From positions 19,783 through 83,782 of the IMG/VR virus record IMGVR_UViG_2681813556_000004: DNA of 64,000 nt. One strand, 5' to 3'. The notes under the pieces are model-generated. The model saw only the letters and a program-made list of their open reading frames with translations. It searched no databases and was not told the origin of the DNA. A program made the translations under genes and the position numbers. The stretch's first letter is position 1, and each line of letters opens with the position of its first letter. This document shows positions 52,552 to 60,272 of this stretch, piece after piece. Origin of the DNA: a virus (Duplodnaviria; Caudoviricetes).

Positions 52552-52617
52552 TGGGGCTGAGGCTTGCGCTTAGCTGGGGGAACTGAATGGCCCGACAGGC
52601 AAGGTGAAATGTGCCTT

Positions 52618-52872
52618 CTACGCGCCCATGGCCAGCCTGATTGCGCGTTTCAGTCGGGCGACGACCGCATCCTGATTGATGCGGCCCCGCGGTGTGCAGG
52701 CAATGGTGAAGGCCATCGTATCGCCGTGTGGCAAGGTGATGCGCAGGAATGGATGGCCCTTGCCCGGATGGTTGACGACCTCGAAGCGCAGGCCGATCTG
52801 GTCAAGATAGGACGAGGCTGCGAGGTAATCGGGGTTCTTGCGAACCTTGGCGGCGATACGCATCCGGCTCAT
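52618..52872 (-). CDS. Small protein with HicA-like pattern
   Basis: YLDQIGLRFEVVNHPGKGHPFLRI...TIACTPRG...RLKRAI; ATGA overlap with the upstream gene. Confidence 0.55.
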   Translation of the reverse strand: MSRMRIAAKVRKNPDYLAASSYLDQIGLRFEVVNHPGKGHPFLRITLPHGDTMAFTIACTPRGRINQDAVVARLKRAIRLAMGA

Positions 52873-53222
52873 TCTGGCAACGCATATTCGACGACCCAAT
52901 GGCCGCGCAGATACTGACGGGTGCGCGACAGTGTTCCTTGCCGCCACATTGCGTCCATCGTCTTGCTGACCATCATGCTCGGTTCGCCAATGGCCTTGGC
53001 TGTGCGCGCTGCGGTCAGCCTGGTTCCTGCCGGACTGGATTTGAAATGGTTCAGTACGGCCTCGGCGCGTGGCATGTCTGCGGTCGCCTTGACTGCCTGC
53101 TTGGCGAAGGGCCGGGCCTCTGTTGACCATGGTTCGGCGGGGAGACGAATTGGGGCGGAGGTCTGACCGAGGTCTCGGCGGATGGGGGTATAGTCGCGCA
53201 CCATGACAGGCTGCATGTTCAA
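52869..53222 (-). CDS. Winged-HTH-like DNA-binding protein
   Basis: C-terminal LTAARTAKAIGEPSMMVSKTMDAMWRQGTLSR...VEY. Confidence 0.6.
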   Translation of the reverse strand: MNMQPVMVRDYTPIRRDLGQTSAPIRLPAEPWSTEARPFAKQAVKATADMPRAEAVLNHFKSSPAGTRLTAARTAKAIGEPSMMVSKTMDAMWRQGTLSRTRQYLRGHWVVEYALPE

Positions 53223-53806
53223 TCCTCCTTGGCGTGGGTGAGTTGGTTGCCGATTGCGGTCCAGCCCGGTCGCGGTGCGCGGGCGAAAATCTCGACCTTG
53301 GACGCCTCGGGGAACCGGGCGTCGATAACTTCATGGATCCAGTCAGGCTTGGCGCTGTGTCGTCCCTGTGCGCCGGGAATGACGCTGGTGGGAAACAAGG
53401 CTGGCATTTCGCAGGGGAACCTGCCGCGCCGCCCGATCAGGACGATTTCGTGCCTGTTCCTTGCCCAATATCCTGTGCCGTTCCGCGCCTTGGTCCAGAC
53501 CAGCTGCGACTTGTACCGGAAGCCCCACGAGCGCAGGACACGGAAGCCATGTTCGGCAAATGGCACCGTGACCCAGAGCAGCAATAGGGCGTTGGCGGCG
53601 GACATCGCCCGGATGGGCAGCGCCTCGATGTCGGCCAGCGGCATGGTGTCGTAGTGGCGGCGCGCATTGCGGCCCGGCTTGCTCTTGCTGTTGCCTGCGA
53701 AGTTCCACGGCGGGTCGGCCAGAATGATCTGGAAGCCGCCTGCGGGCCGGATTTCCTGCGCCTGCACGGCATCGCCGGGCCGCAGGGTGATGGGGTAGAT
53801 GGTCAT
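53219..53806 (-). CDS. MT-A70 family adenine methyltransferase
   Basis: IILADPPW, HYDTM, LLLLWVT, WGFRYKS, HSAKP, VEIFAR...GWTAIGNQ; start MTIYP at 53806. Confidence 0.92.
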   Translation of the reverse strand: MTIYPITLRPGDAVQAQEIRPAGGFQIILADPPWNFAGNSKSKPGRNARRHYDTMPLADIEALPIRAMSAANALLLLWVTVPFAEHGFRVLRSWGFRYKSQLVWTKARNGTGYWARNRHEIVLIGRRGRFPCEMPALFPTSVIPGAQGRHSAKPDWIHEVIDARFPEASKVEIFARAPRPGWTAIGNQLTHAKED

Positions 53807-54057
53807 GGTGCTACCTCGCTCAGCTTGGCTTGAGCGGCTTCGAGGGCGGCGGTATCGGCGGCGTAGAAGCCATGCCACGGGCCGGGTTCGATGATCCTGC
53901 CCTTGGGATCGGTCCTGGCCATGCGATCCCGCAGGCGGCGGTAGAGGGCGATCCAGTTCGGCAGGTCGCTGGCCTGGATTGTCGCCCGCCAATCGGCCTT
54001 GGCGAGGATGATGCGCTTGCGGTCTCGGGTCGGGATGGCGCGAAGGGGCTGCCTCAA
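53803..54057 (-). CDS. Phage hypothetical protein
   Basis: 84 aa, coupled overlaps on both sides. Confidence 0.65.
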   Translation of the reverse strand: MRQPLRAIPTRDRKRIILAKADWRATIQASDLPNWIALYRRLRDRMARTDPKGRIIEPGPWHGFYAADTAALEAAQAKLSEVAP

Positions 54058-55043
54058 AATGCGATCCCCCGAACCTTGAGCGTTTCCGGCTCGACGAGCC
54101 CCATGGCCAGCAGGTCACGGGCCTGAACCGGGGTGACGACGCTGGGCGGGCAGTACCCGCCGCTGTTGATCATCCTTGCCTTGAGTTGCAGCACCTCGGC
54201 CTTTGACGGTGGAGGTGCATCGTTCCGCCGCTGGGCCTTCTGCGGCGCGGCCATGAAGCCGGAGAGAGCCTGCGGCGTTGCCGGTGGTTCCGGGTGGACC
54301 TCCCGGCTTTTCCGTGCCCGGTCGATGATGGCGTCCTCGGTCAGCCCGGCGATGAGCCATCCCGAGACGAGGTCGGCGGCCTTCGTGCCGAGCCATGCCC
54401 CCGGTATTGCCTCGGACTGGTATCCGCAGGCTGTCGCAATCTCTGACAGGAAATCCTGATCCACCGCCGCCATTGGTGGTGGAGAGGATTCTTCGTCAGA
54501 AGAATACTCTCTACCACCATATGTTGGGTTGTTGGGTTGTTGGGAAGGATAGTGCCGCGGATGGTTCCGTGGATCATCTGCGGATGCGTCTGCGGTGTTA
54601 TCCGTGGATATATCCGTGGATGATGCCAGTTTGTTTGTTTTCAGTGCCTTGCGGGAATTTTCGCGTTTATCTTCGTCACGTTCCGCAGATCTTTTTTTGT
54701 CACTCTGGCGCTTAACCTCACGTTCAACGTAAGCCGCCTCAAATTTCAGGCGCTTCGAGAAGATCATGCCATCTTCGACCAGCATGAAGGGTCGGATGAC
54801 GGGTCCGATCCGGGCGTTCCACAGCCGCGTGGACACCTTGGCGACCTGCGCCAGGCGGCGGTCATCGTCTGGCAGATCACAGCTTCGGCGGCGCCACATC
54901 GCCATCAGGATCAGCAGATAGGCCCCGACTTCATCGGCTTGCAGTTCCTGCGTATCGCGCAGGAAGGCATCGGCCCAGAGCGGGATAGGACGCTTGGCGC
55001 GGGCGGCCTGGGCATCGAATGGGGCACGCTTGGAGGAGGTCAT
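54054..55043 (-). CDS. Replication initiator (DUF1376/YdaU-like N-terminus)
   Basis: PLWADAFLRDTQELQADEVGAYLLILMAMW...LPDDDRRLAQVA; low-complexity linker. Confidence 0.85.
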   Translation of the reverse strand: MTSSKRAPFDAQAARAKRPIPLWADAFLRDTQELQADEVGAYLLILMAMWRRRSCDLPDDDRRLAQVAKVSTRLWNARIGPVIRPFMLVEDGMIFSKRLKFEAAYVEREVKRQSDKKRSAERDEDKRENSRKALKTNKLASSTDISTDNTADASADDPRNHPRHYPSQQPNNPTYGGREYSSDEESSPPPMAAVDQDFLSEIATACGYQSEAIPGAWLGTKAADLVSGWLIAGLTEDAIIDRARKSREVHPEPPATPQALSGFMAAPQKAQRRNDAPPPSKAEVLQLKARMINSGGYCPPSVVTPVQARDLLAMGLVEPETLKVRGIAF

Positions 55044-55119
55044 ATCATCACCCCCTGGACCTCTGGCGTGGGCGCCTCCCATGCCGCGCGCAGGCCGGCC
55101 TCCTTGGCGAATGAATGCT

Positions 55120-55485
55120 TCACGGTCCTGCTCTTTCGATCAGCACCACGACCACCTTGCCGTTTGGCCGGTGGGGTGGGTGGATGTGATAGGATGGACG
55201 CCATGTGGAATCGTCGTGCCTGATCGCCGCCGCGATACCGTCGCGGGCGTGCTTGAAGGCACCGATCATTCCGTCATCATCACGGGCGCGGTCATCCGGT
55301 GGATGGAAATGGACCTCGACCAGCGGGGGGTGGGCGAAGCGGCGCCGCCCGATGGCTGCCAGCGTCAGGATGCAGGCCGCTTCTTTTGCCTCGCGGGCCG
55401 GGCGCAGGTATCTGGACCAGTGCTTGCGGCGCTTGGCATTCGGCGTCAGGCGCTTGTCGGGCCATGGCAGGTCGATCTGGATCAT
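55120..55485 (-). CDS. rusA: RusA-like Holliday junction resolvase
   Basis: LPWP...PN...FHPPDDRARDDDG...K..RDGIA..I..DD. Confidence 0.85.
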   Translation of the reverse strand: MIQIDLPWPDKRLTPNAKRRKHWSRYLRPAREAKEAACILTLAAIGRRRFAHPPLVEVHFHPPDDRARDDDGMIGAFKHARDGIAAAIRHDDSTWRPSYHIHPPHRPNGKVVVVLIERAGP

Positions 55486-56594
55486 GCCCGGATCTCCCTC
55501 ACCGATGCCATGAATGCCCTTACGAACTCTGCCGCCGCGTGCGGGTTGATCGCATTGCCGTAGCCGCGCAGTCGTCCCACACGGGCGGAAACCCCATGAG
55601 CCAACGGGAATGTGCCGGATTCAACTGGCCGCCACTTTCCATCCCGGCACAGGAGCCAGTCAGGATCTGACCAGAAGCCGTCAGTCGGGCCGGGCTGTTC
55701 GCCGCCAGCATTGCGAAATCCATCAGATCGTTGCTGCGCTCCGGGTTCATGGCCCGCTTTGCCTGGCCGCCCCCCGAACCATCCGATGCCGCTGCTGTCG
55801 GCCATCCGGCAAGTTGTGCTTGCCGGGGTAGCTGGTCCAGCCGCAGCCGGGCCGATCCGTCCGGGTTCGTGGCCTCGATCGCCATACCGGGCGTGTCCTT
55901 CCAGTCCCGGCTGCTGGCTGTCGCCCAGCCTGCCAATTGTGCCGTCTCGGGCAGTGCCATCATGTTCTTGCGCGGGCCAACTGCACCGCCTTTCAGCGCA
56001 TCCGTCGCCGTGCAAGTCGGCCAGCCAGTCAAGATCGACGGCTCCGAAGAACGTGCGTTGCCGGATGTGCGGGGCGCCGATGCCCGCAGACGGAATATCT
56101 GACGCCCCAACGGCGTATCGTGCCGCTTCCAGACGATCCGATAGATCGTCGAGCCACGCCCATGGAGGCGTGCCTTCAAATGCCGGTCGATTGCCCTTTG
56201 CAGCCGGTCCGAACACATCCGCGCTTGCGACCTGTTCGCCAAACAGCATTGGGGGGCGGGCGGCCCCGACCAGTCCTGCAAATTTGGGGGAGAGATGTCG
56301 GGGATCGTCTCGTCCAAGGCTCTTGCCTGCAACGCTGAACGGCTGGCAAGGCGGACTGCCTGTCCAGACCGGGCGGCAGTCTGGCCACCCGGCGAGGCGC
56401 AGGGCATAGGGCCAGCCGCCGATGCCCGCGAAGAAATGGCAGGTGCTGTATCCTGCCAGATCGGAAGATCGAACATCGAGAATTGACCGCTCATCTACAT
56501 CCCCGTCAGGCAAGTGCCCGCGCGCGATCAGCTCGCGCAGCCATGCGCAAGCCTGCGGGTCATTGTCGTTGTAGTAAGCGCGGGGTGCGGTCAT
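55482..56594 (-). CDS. C5 cytosine methyltransferase, large (alpha) polypeptide
   Basis: FFAGIGG, GSPPCQPFS, FGEQV, GAPHIRQR, RLRGYGNAI; no motif IX visible; start MTAPRAYY at 56594. Confidence 0.9.
   Translation of the reverse strand: MTAPRAYYNDNDPQACAWLRELIARGHLPDGDVDERSILDVRSSDLAGYSTCHFFAGIGGWPYALRLAGWPDCRPVWTGSPPCQPFSVAGKSLGRDDPRHLSPKFAGLVGAARPPMLFGEQVASADVFGPAAKGNRPAFEGTPPWAWLDDLSDRLEAARYAVGASDIPSAGIGAPHIRQRTFFGAVDLDWLADLHGDGCAERRCSWPAQEHDGTARDGTIGRLGDSQQPGLEGHARYGDRGHEPGRIGPAAAGPATPASTTCRMADSSGIGWFGGRPGKAGHEPGAQQRSDGFRNAGGEQPGPTDGFWSDPDWLLCRDGKWRPVESGTFPLAHGVSARVGRLRGYGNAINPHAAAEFVRAFMASVREIRA
55520..56494 (-). CDS. Overlapping alternative-frame (beta) polypeptide of the C5 methyltransferase
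   Basis: 324-aa ORF wholly inside the alpha gene; three GW(P/A)T..A/S.D repeats and LNPAHSRWLMGFP (motif IX-like). Confidence 0.75.
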   Translation of the reverse strand: MSGQFSMFDLPIWQDTAPAISSRASAAGPMPCASPGGQTAARSGQAVRLASRSALQARALDETIPDISPPNLQDWSGPPAPQCCLANRSQARMCSDRLQRAIDRHLKARLHGRGSTIYRIVWKRHDTPLGRQIFRLRASAPRTSGNARSSEPSILTGWPTCTATDALKGGAVGPRKNMMALPETAQLAGWATASSRDWKDTPGMAIEATNPDGSARLRLDQLPRQAQLAGWPTAAASDGSGGGQAKRAMNPERSNDLMDFAMLAANSPARLTASGQILTGSCAGMESGGQLNPAHSRWLMGFPPVWDDCAATAMRSTRTRRQSS

Positions 56595-56869
56595 GCCCGC
56601 GCCGTCCGCTTCTGGATCGCGTAGCACCAACGCCGCATCGGGGTATCAACCCCGCCATTCGGGAACTGAACGAGGGCAAGGCCAATCACCCCCGCAACCT
56701 TTGCGGCGGTGGCGCACAGCTTGTCCGGGGCACAGCCATACAGCCCCTCATAATACACCAGCATCTTGCCCGGCGGCAGACTGTGGGCAGCGTCATGCAG
56801 GCTGTTCTGCCAGTCCTCCCAGTTCTTTGGCCGCTTCCACAGGACAATCTTGTCAGCGTGACGCATCAC
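56591..56869 (-). CDS. Phage hypothetical protein
   Basis: GTG start with AAGGGGG RBS; coupled to the methylase. Confidence 0.65.
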   Translation of the reverse strand: MMRHADKIVLWKRPKNWEDWQNSLHDAAHSLPPGKMLVYYEGLYGCAPDKLCATAAKVAGVIGLALVQFPNGGVDTPMRRWCYAIQKRTARA

Positions 56870-56878
56870 CTGACCCCC

Positions 56879-57109
56879 TTATTCCGATGATTGATTTTGG
56901 TTGCGCAGTCGCGCGAGGTATTCCTCCAGCGAGGCGGTGCGGGCCTCGGTGGCTTCGATCTGCCGCTCGATCCGCTCCGGCAGTCGGTAATCCTTGAATA
57001 GGAGGTTCGTGACAGTGCCGGGCTTCACCCCGGTCAGGTCCGCAGCCTCTTGAATGCGGGCTAGAACCTCCCGCAGATCGGCAGCTTGTCTGGGCGTCTG
57101 GTTGGCCAT
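56879..57109 (-). CDS. Small HTH-like phage protein
   Basis: IQEAADLTGVKPGTVTNLLF then coiled coil. Confidence 0.6.
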   Translation of the reverse strand: MANQTPRQAADLREVLARIQEAADLTGVKPGTVTNLLFKDYRLPERIERQIEATEARTASLEEYLARLRNQNQSSE

Positions 57110-57112
57110 GCG

Positions 57113-57232
57113 TCAGCCGTCCAGTCGCAGAAAGTAGGCTGCGGCCTTGGCGCGGCGCTGTCGTCCTCGCCGCTCCGCGCGCCGGGCTAATGCCTCGTTC
57201 CAGCGTCCAAGCAGGTACCAGATCACCCTCAT
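57113..57232 (-). CDS. 39-aa Arg-rich small protein
   Basis: ATGA overlap with the upstream gene; MRVIWYLLGRWNEALARR. Confidence 0.5.
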   Translation of the reverse strand: MRVIWYLLGRWNEALARRAERRGRQRRAKAAAYFLRLDG

Positions 57233-57480
57233 CCCTGACCCTCGATCCTTGTGAGAACAACTTCGGCGCCAGCGATCACGAGGACCGCGACGACATGGCG
57301 AAGCGAGGCGTCGTTCTCGCCACGCAGCCAGTTCTGGACTTGCCGAGACGACACCCCGAGAACTCGGGCGGCCTTGACCGCAACCTCGCGCTCGGACCTG
57401 CCCGGAAATGCCCGCCACAAAAGCGCGGCAAACCATGCACGCGCACCGTCAACACCCTGCGATTGCGCAAGATTTTTCAT
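57229..57480 (-). CDS. CII-like HTH regulator
   Basis: SEREVAVKAARVLGVSSRQVQNWLRGE; position immediately after cro. Confidence 0.65.
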   Translation of the reverse strand: MKNLAQSQGVDGARAWFAALLWRAFPGRSEREVAVKAARVLGVSSRQVQNWLRGENDASLRHVVAVLVIAGAEVVLTRIEGQG

Positions 57481-57728
57481 ACAAACCCCTCCATGTTGCG
57501 CTGGTCAGAGGCAGAATCAGAGGGAGGGGTAGTTGGGTGTTTGAACCAGACGAGCACGGGCACCTGCCCGTCAGATTCTCGCTCGATCCGCAGCATGGTT
57601 TCCCTGCCGGGCAACTTCTTGCCCGCCAGAATCTCGCTCAAGAAGGAGCGGGACATGCCGAAGGCACGCGCCCAATCCTCTTGGGTCCGCTCGGGATGTT
57701 GCTTGGTATATTCGTTGAGGGTCATCAT
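57477..57728 (-). CDS. cro: Cro-like repressor
   Basis: MMTLNEY...TQEDWARAFGMSRSFLSEILAGKKLPG; divergent from cI. Confidence 0.85.
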   Translation of the reverse strand: MMTLNEYTKQHPERTQEDWARAFGMSRSFLSEILAGKKLPGRETMLRIERESDGQVPVLVWFKHPTTPPSDSASDQRNMEGFV

Positions 57729-57735
57729 GGCGCAA

Positions 57736-57754
57736 ACGTCGCACATAGCGACAT
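57736..57754. promoter_or_regulatory. Operator OR-1
   Basis: ACGTCGC-ACATA-GCGACAT near-perfect palindrome. Confidence 0.8.
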
Positions 57755-57769
57755 TTCGTGCAAGGCGGA

Positions 57770-57788
57770 TTGTCGCTATTATCGACGC
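57770..57788. promoter_or_regulatory. Operator OR-2 (degenerate)
   Basis: TTGTCGC-TATTA-TCGACGC. Confidence 0.6.
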
Positions 57789-57820
57789 GACATTCTGCGG
57801 CCTGTGTGGAAACTCAGGTC

Positions 57821-58429
57821 ATGCGCTTCTTGATCCGACAACTGCGCCAGGAACGGCGCCTCACACTGGAAGAACTTGCCGAGAAAGCAGGGATCAGCCG
57901 GTCATACCTGAACGAACTTGAGCTTGGCGCGAAAACGATCAATGCGAACCGCTTGCAGCAGGTGGCGAGAGCCCTCGGGGTAGAAGTGACTGACCTTTTC
58001 GCGTCAGAGCCAACCCCCGTTGCTGTTGCTGGTCAGGTTGGCGCAGGGGCGCGTGTTCCCTTGGTCGATATGTATGCGAAAGGCGGGGGGCTGTATCACG
58101 TCGCTAGGCCACCCCAGTTGGCGGGGCAGAGTGTTGTCGCAGTCGAGGTGGAGGGCGACTCCATGGCGCCGATGTATCAGCCTGGGCACGTCCTGTTTTT
58201 CTCGCGCAACACGCACGAAGGTATCCCGGAGGAAGATGTTGGCCGTCCTTGTGTGGTCGAGGATGCAAGCGGCATGGCTTGGGTGAAGATGGTCAAGCGC
58301 GGCTCCGAGCCGGGGCGGTGGAACCTGATCAGCCTTAATCCTGACGCAGAGTCGGTATGGGATGTGCCGATCAAATGGGCCGCAAGGGTGCGGTTTGCGC
58401 TGCCAGCAGAGCTTGTAGAGAGGATATGA
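57821..58429 (+). CDS. cI: CI-like repressor (XRE HTH plus S24 autoprotease)
   Basis: IRQLRQERRLTLEELAEKAGISRSYLNELELG; VAGQVGAG cleavage-site region; EGDSMAP and WVKMV catalytic Ser/Lys. Confidence 0.93.
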   Translation: MRFLIRQLRQERRLTLEELAEKAGISRSYLNELELGAKTINANRLQQVARALGVEVTDLFASEPTPVAVAGQVGAGARVPLVDMYAKGGGLYHVARPPQLAGQSVVAVEVEGDSMAPMYQPGHVLFFSRNTHEGIPEEDVGRPCVVEDASGMAWVKMVKRGSEPGRWNLISLNPDAESVWDVPIKWAARVRFALPAELVERI

Positions 58430-59173
58430 ATGAGGCGGCACTTTTGCGCTGCGGCTACAGCGGTCTCATTTGCACTGGTATCGCCACCTCCGGTCTTCGC
58501 AGGTGCAATTTCAGATATACTCACTGCCCCATCTCACGGATCGCTTCAGGGTTTACTTCAGAAGTATGGTGACAACGGCTTGTGCCGGTCAATGCGGCGA
58601 CGGTCGGGGGGCAACGTCTTTGCTGTCGACGTTTTGGATGACAGTGCGCTGCCGCCGCTGCGTGGTGAAATTAACAGGATTGCAGTGACTTACTACGTTC
58701 CAGTCAATGTTCTTCTGGCCATTGCATCACTGGCTGGAGCGGAAGATCGTAAGTCGATACTTTGCATTTCGGAAGTTTCAGGCAGAGAACTTGAGGCTTC
58801 TGTGGCACTTGGCCACGATCTGGCCGGGGCAATCTGCGCGAAAATTGGGGACAGCGCCAAGTGCGAGGCTGTCATAAAAGAAGCATATCGGATAGCTGAT
58901 GTGATTGATCCAAAGCCCAAACCGGTGCCTGAAGTGCCGCAAGTGCGCCAGTCCGCCGACGATGATACGAAGAAGCGGCCTCGCCAGAGAAACGTGGAGA
59001 CGGCGAGGAGATGGGCTATTCGCACCATGAATGACACGAGATCCTGCTTGGCTGGCGTCGAAAACGAGACGTTCGAGCTTGATGGAGATTGCGGTGCATC
59101 TTGGGACTACAACAGTAGGCTCAACCACTACCTTCAGATCATTGAGGGCCTACCTCCGCCGATCTATCCGTAG
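58430..59173 (+). CDS. Secreted protein co-transcribed with cI (possible exclusion factor)
   Basis: Signal peptide ending VFA-G; starts 1 nt after the cI stop; Cys pairs; degenerate SLT-like segment. Confidence 0.65.
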   Translation: MRRHFCAAATAVSFALVSPPPVFAGAISDILTAPSHGSLQGLLQKYGDNGLCRSMRRRSGGNVFAVDVLDDSALPPLRGEINRIAVTYYVPVNVLLAIASLAGAEDRKSILCISEVSGRELEASVALGHDLAGAICAKIGDSAKCEAVIKEAYRIADVIDPKPKPVPEVPQVRQSADDDTKKRPRQRNVETARRWAIRTMNDTRSCLAGVENETFELDGDCGASWDYNSRLNHYLQIIEGLPPPIYP

Positions 59174-59315
59174 AAGTCTGGCTGTGATGCCCCGCACCGG
59201 CAGCACTTGATCTTAGAAGATCGTGAAACTCGACGTTGCCATCGCGTCGGATGCGCCATCCTTCGCTACCGTCTGACTTGTCGAACGCCTTCGACCTGAT
59301 TTCGTCATGGTCCAT
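59139..59315 (-). CDS. 58-aa small ORF with tail-tip-like GWRIRRDGNVEF motif
   Basis: GGAGG-N5-ATG; motif resembles GWRIDSSGNAEF in the 34565-40030 protein. Confidence 0.4.
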   Translation of the reverse strand: MDHDEIRSKAFDKSDGSEGWRIRRDGNVEFHDLLRSSAAGAGHHSQTSTDRSAEVGPQ

Positions 59316-59367
59316 TTTGGCCTCCTGATCTGGGTCTGAGCTAGCACATGCGTGATCGAAATGCAGC

Positions 59368-59387
59368 AGCCCCGCTTCGGCGGGGCT
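59368..59387. terminator. Stable hairpin (possible terminator of the cI operon)
   Basis: AGCCCCGC-TTCG-GCGGGGCT; no clear U-tract. Confidence 0.5.
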
Positions 59388-59404
59388 ATCTGATTCGAGC
59401 ATCA

Positions 59405-59423
59405 ATGTCGCAGATGGCGACAT
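59405..59423. promoter_or_regulatory. Operator OL-1
   Basis: Perfect ATGTCGC-AGATG-GCGACAT; TTGACG (-35-like) at 59429-59434. Confidence 0.85.
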
Positions 59424-59438
59424 TTTCCTTGACGTCTA

Positions 59439-59457
59439 ATGTCGCCATATGCGACAT
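59439..59457. promoter_or_regulatory. Operator OL-2
   Basis: Perfect ATGTCGC-CATAT-GCGACAT. Confidence 0.85.
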
Positions 59458-59487
59458 ATCGCCTGACCCCATTGTGGAGGACAGGGA

Positions 59488-59895
59488 ATGTTGCACCGCC
59501 ACCATGTTCAGCCCGGCACGGTGATGCTGGAACACGCGCTGGATGGCCTTGGCGCAAGCCCGCACGGCATGGCCTATGCCCTTGGCGCATGGATTGTTCG
59601 GCGGTTCGGCCCGGTGAAGGCCGGGCAGTTTGCCGATACCGTGGTCAAGGCAGTCCAGATCGAGATCCGCAAGGAGCAGCGCGAGGCGCCCTTTGTCGAG
59701 GTTCAGGATGAACCGGAGACGATCAGCGCGATTGCGGCGGATCTCGATACCAGCACTGGCATTGTCGCCCCATTGGCGGCGGGGCTGGCGGGGGGCACGC
59801 TTGCTCTCCTGATTTTCGGCATGGGCTGGGTGTCTGTCGACGTGACGACCCGTGCAGTGGAATTGCAGATTGCTGCGGGTGCTGCGGAATGGTGA
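59488..59895 (+). CDS. First early-left gene, C-terminal TM segment
   Basis: GGAGG RBS; hydrophobic LAAGLAGGTLALLIFGMGW. Confidence 0.65.
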   Translation: MLHRHHVQPGTVMLEHALDGLGASPHGMAYALGAWIVRRFGPVKAGQFADTVVKAVQIEIRKEQREAPFVEVQDEPETISAIAADLDTSTGIVAPLAAGLAGGTLALLIFGMGWVSVDVTTRAVELQIAAGAAEW

Positions 59896-60272
59896 TGCGG
59901 CAACCCAGCCCTGCGGCGGAGCTTTACGCTTGGCATCGCGCTGCCGTCGCCGGTGAGGCCCCTCCGATCCATGATGGCCTTCCTGAATGCGGATGGTTCA
60001 AGCGCCGTCTCGTCAAGGGCGGCCCGTGGGTGCCGGTGCGCATCTTCGTGCGGCGCGAAATCGAGATGGATACCGGCGAACTGCTCGGGCCGGAAATCCT
60101 CGTGGCCGATGTGGATGGCAAGCTGGACGATCCGGCCCGCCACTGGACCTATCTGACTCCGATCACGCGGTCGGATTACGAGGCACTGCTGTACCGGCAA
60201 AGCATCGTGCCGGGCATGGCCGATTCCCAAAAACCCCTGGACCTGACAAAGGAGCCCATCCGATGGATGTGA
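59889..60272 (+). CDS. Phage hypothetical protein
   Basis: PECGWFKRRLVKGGPWVPVRIF; in the early operon. Confidence 0.7.
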   Translation: MVMRQPSPAAELYAWHRAAVAGEAPPIHDGLPECGWFKRRLVKGGPWVPVRIFVRREIEMDTGELLGPEILVADVDGKLDDPARHWTYLTPITRSDYEALLYRQSIVPGMADSQKPLDLTKEPIRWM

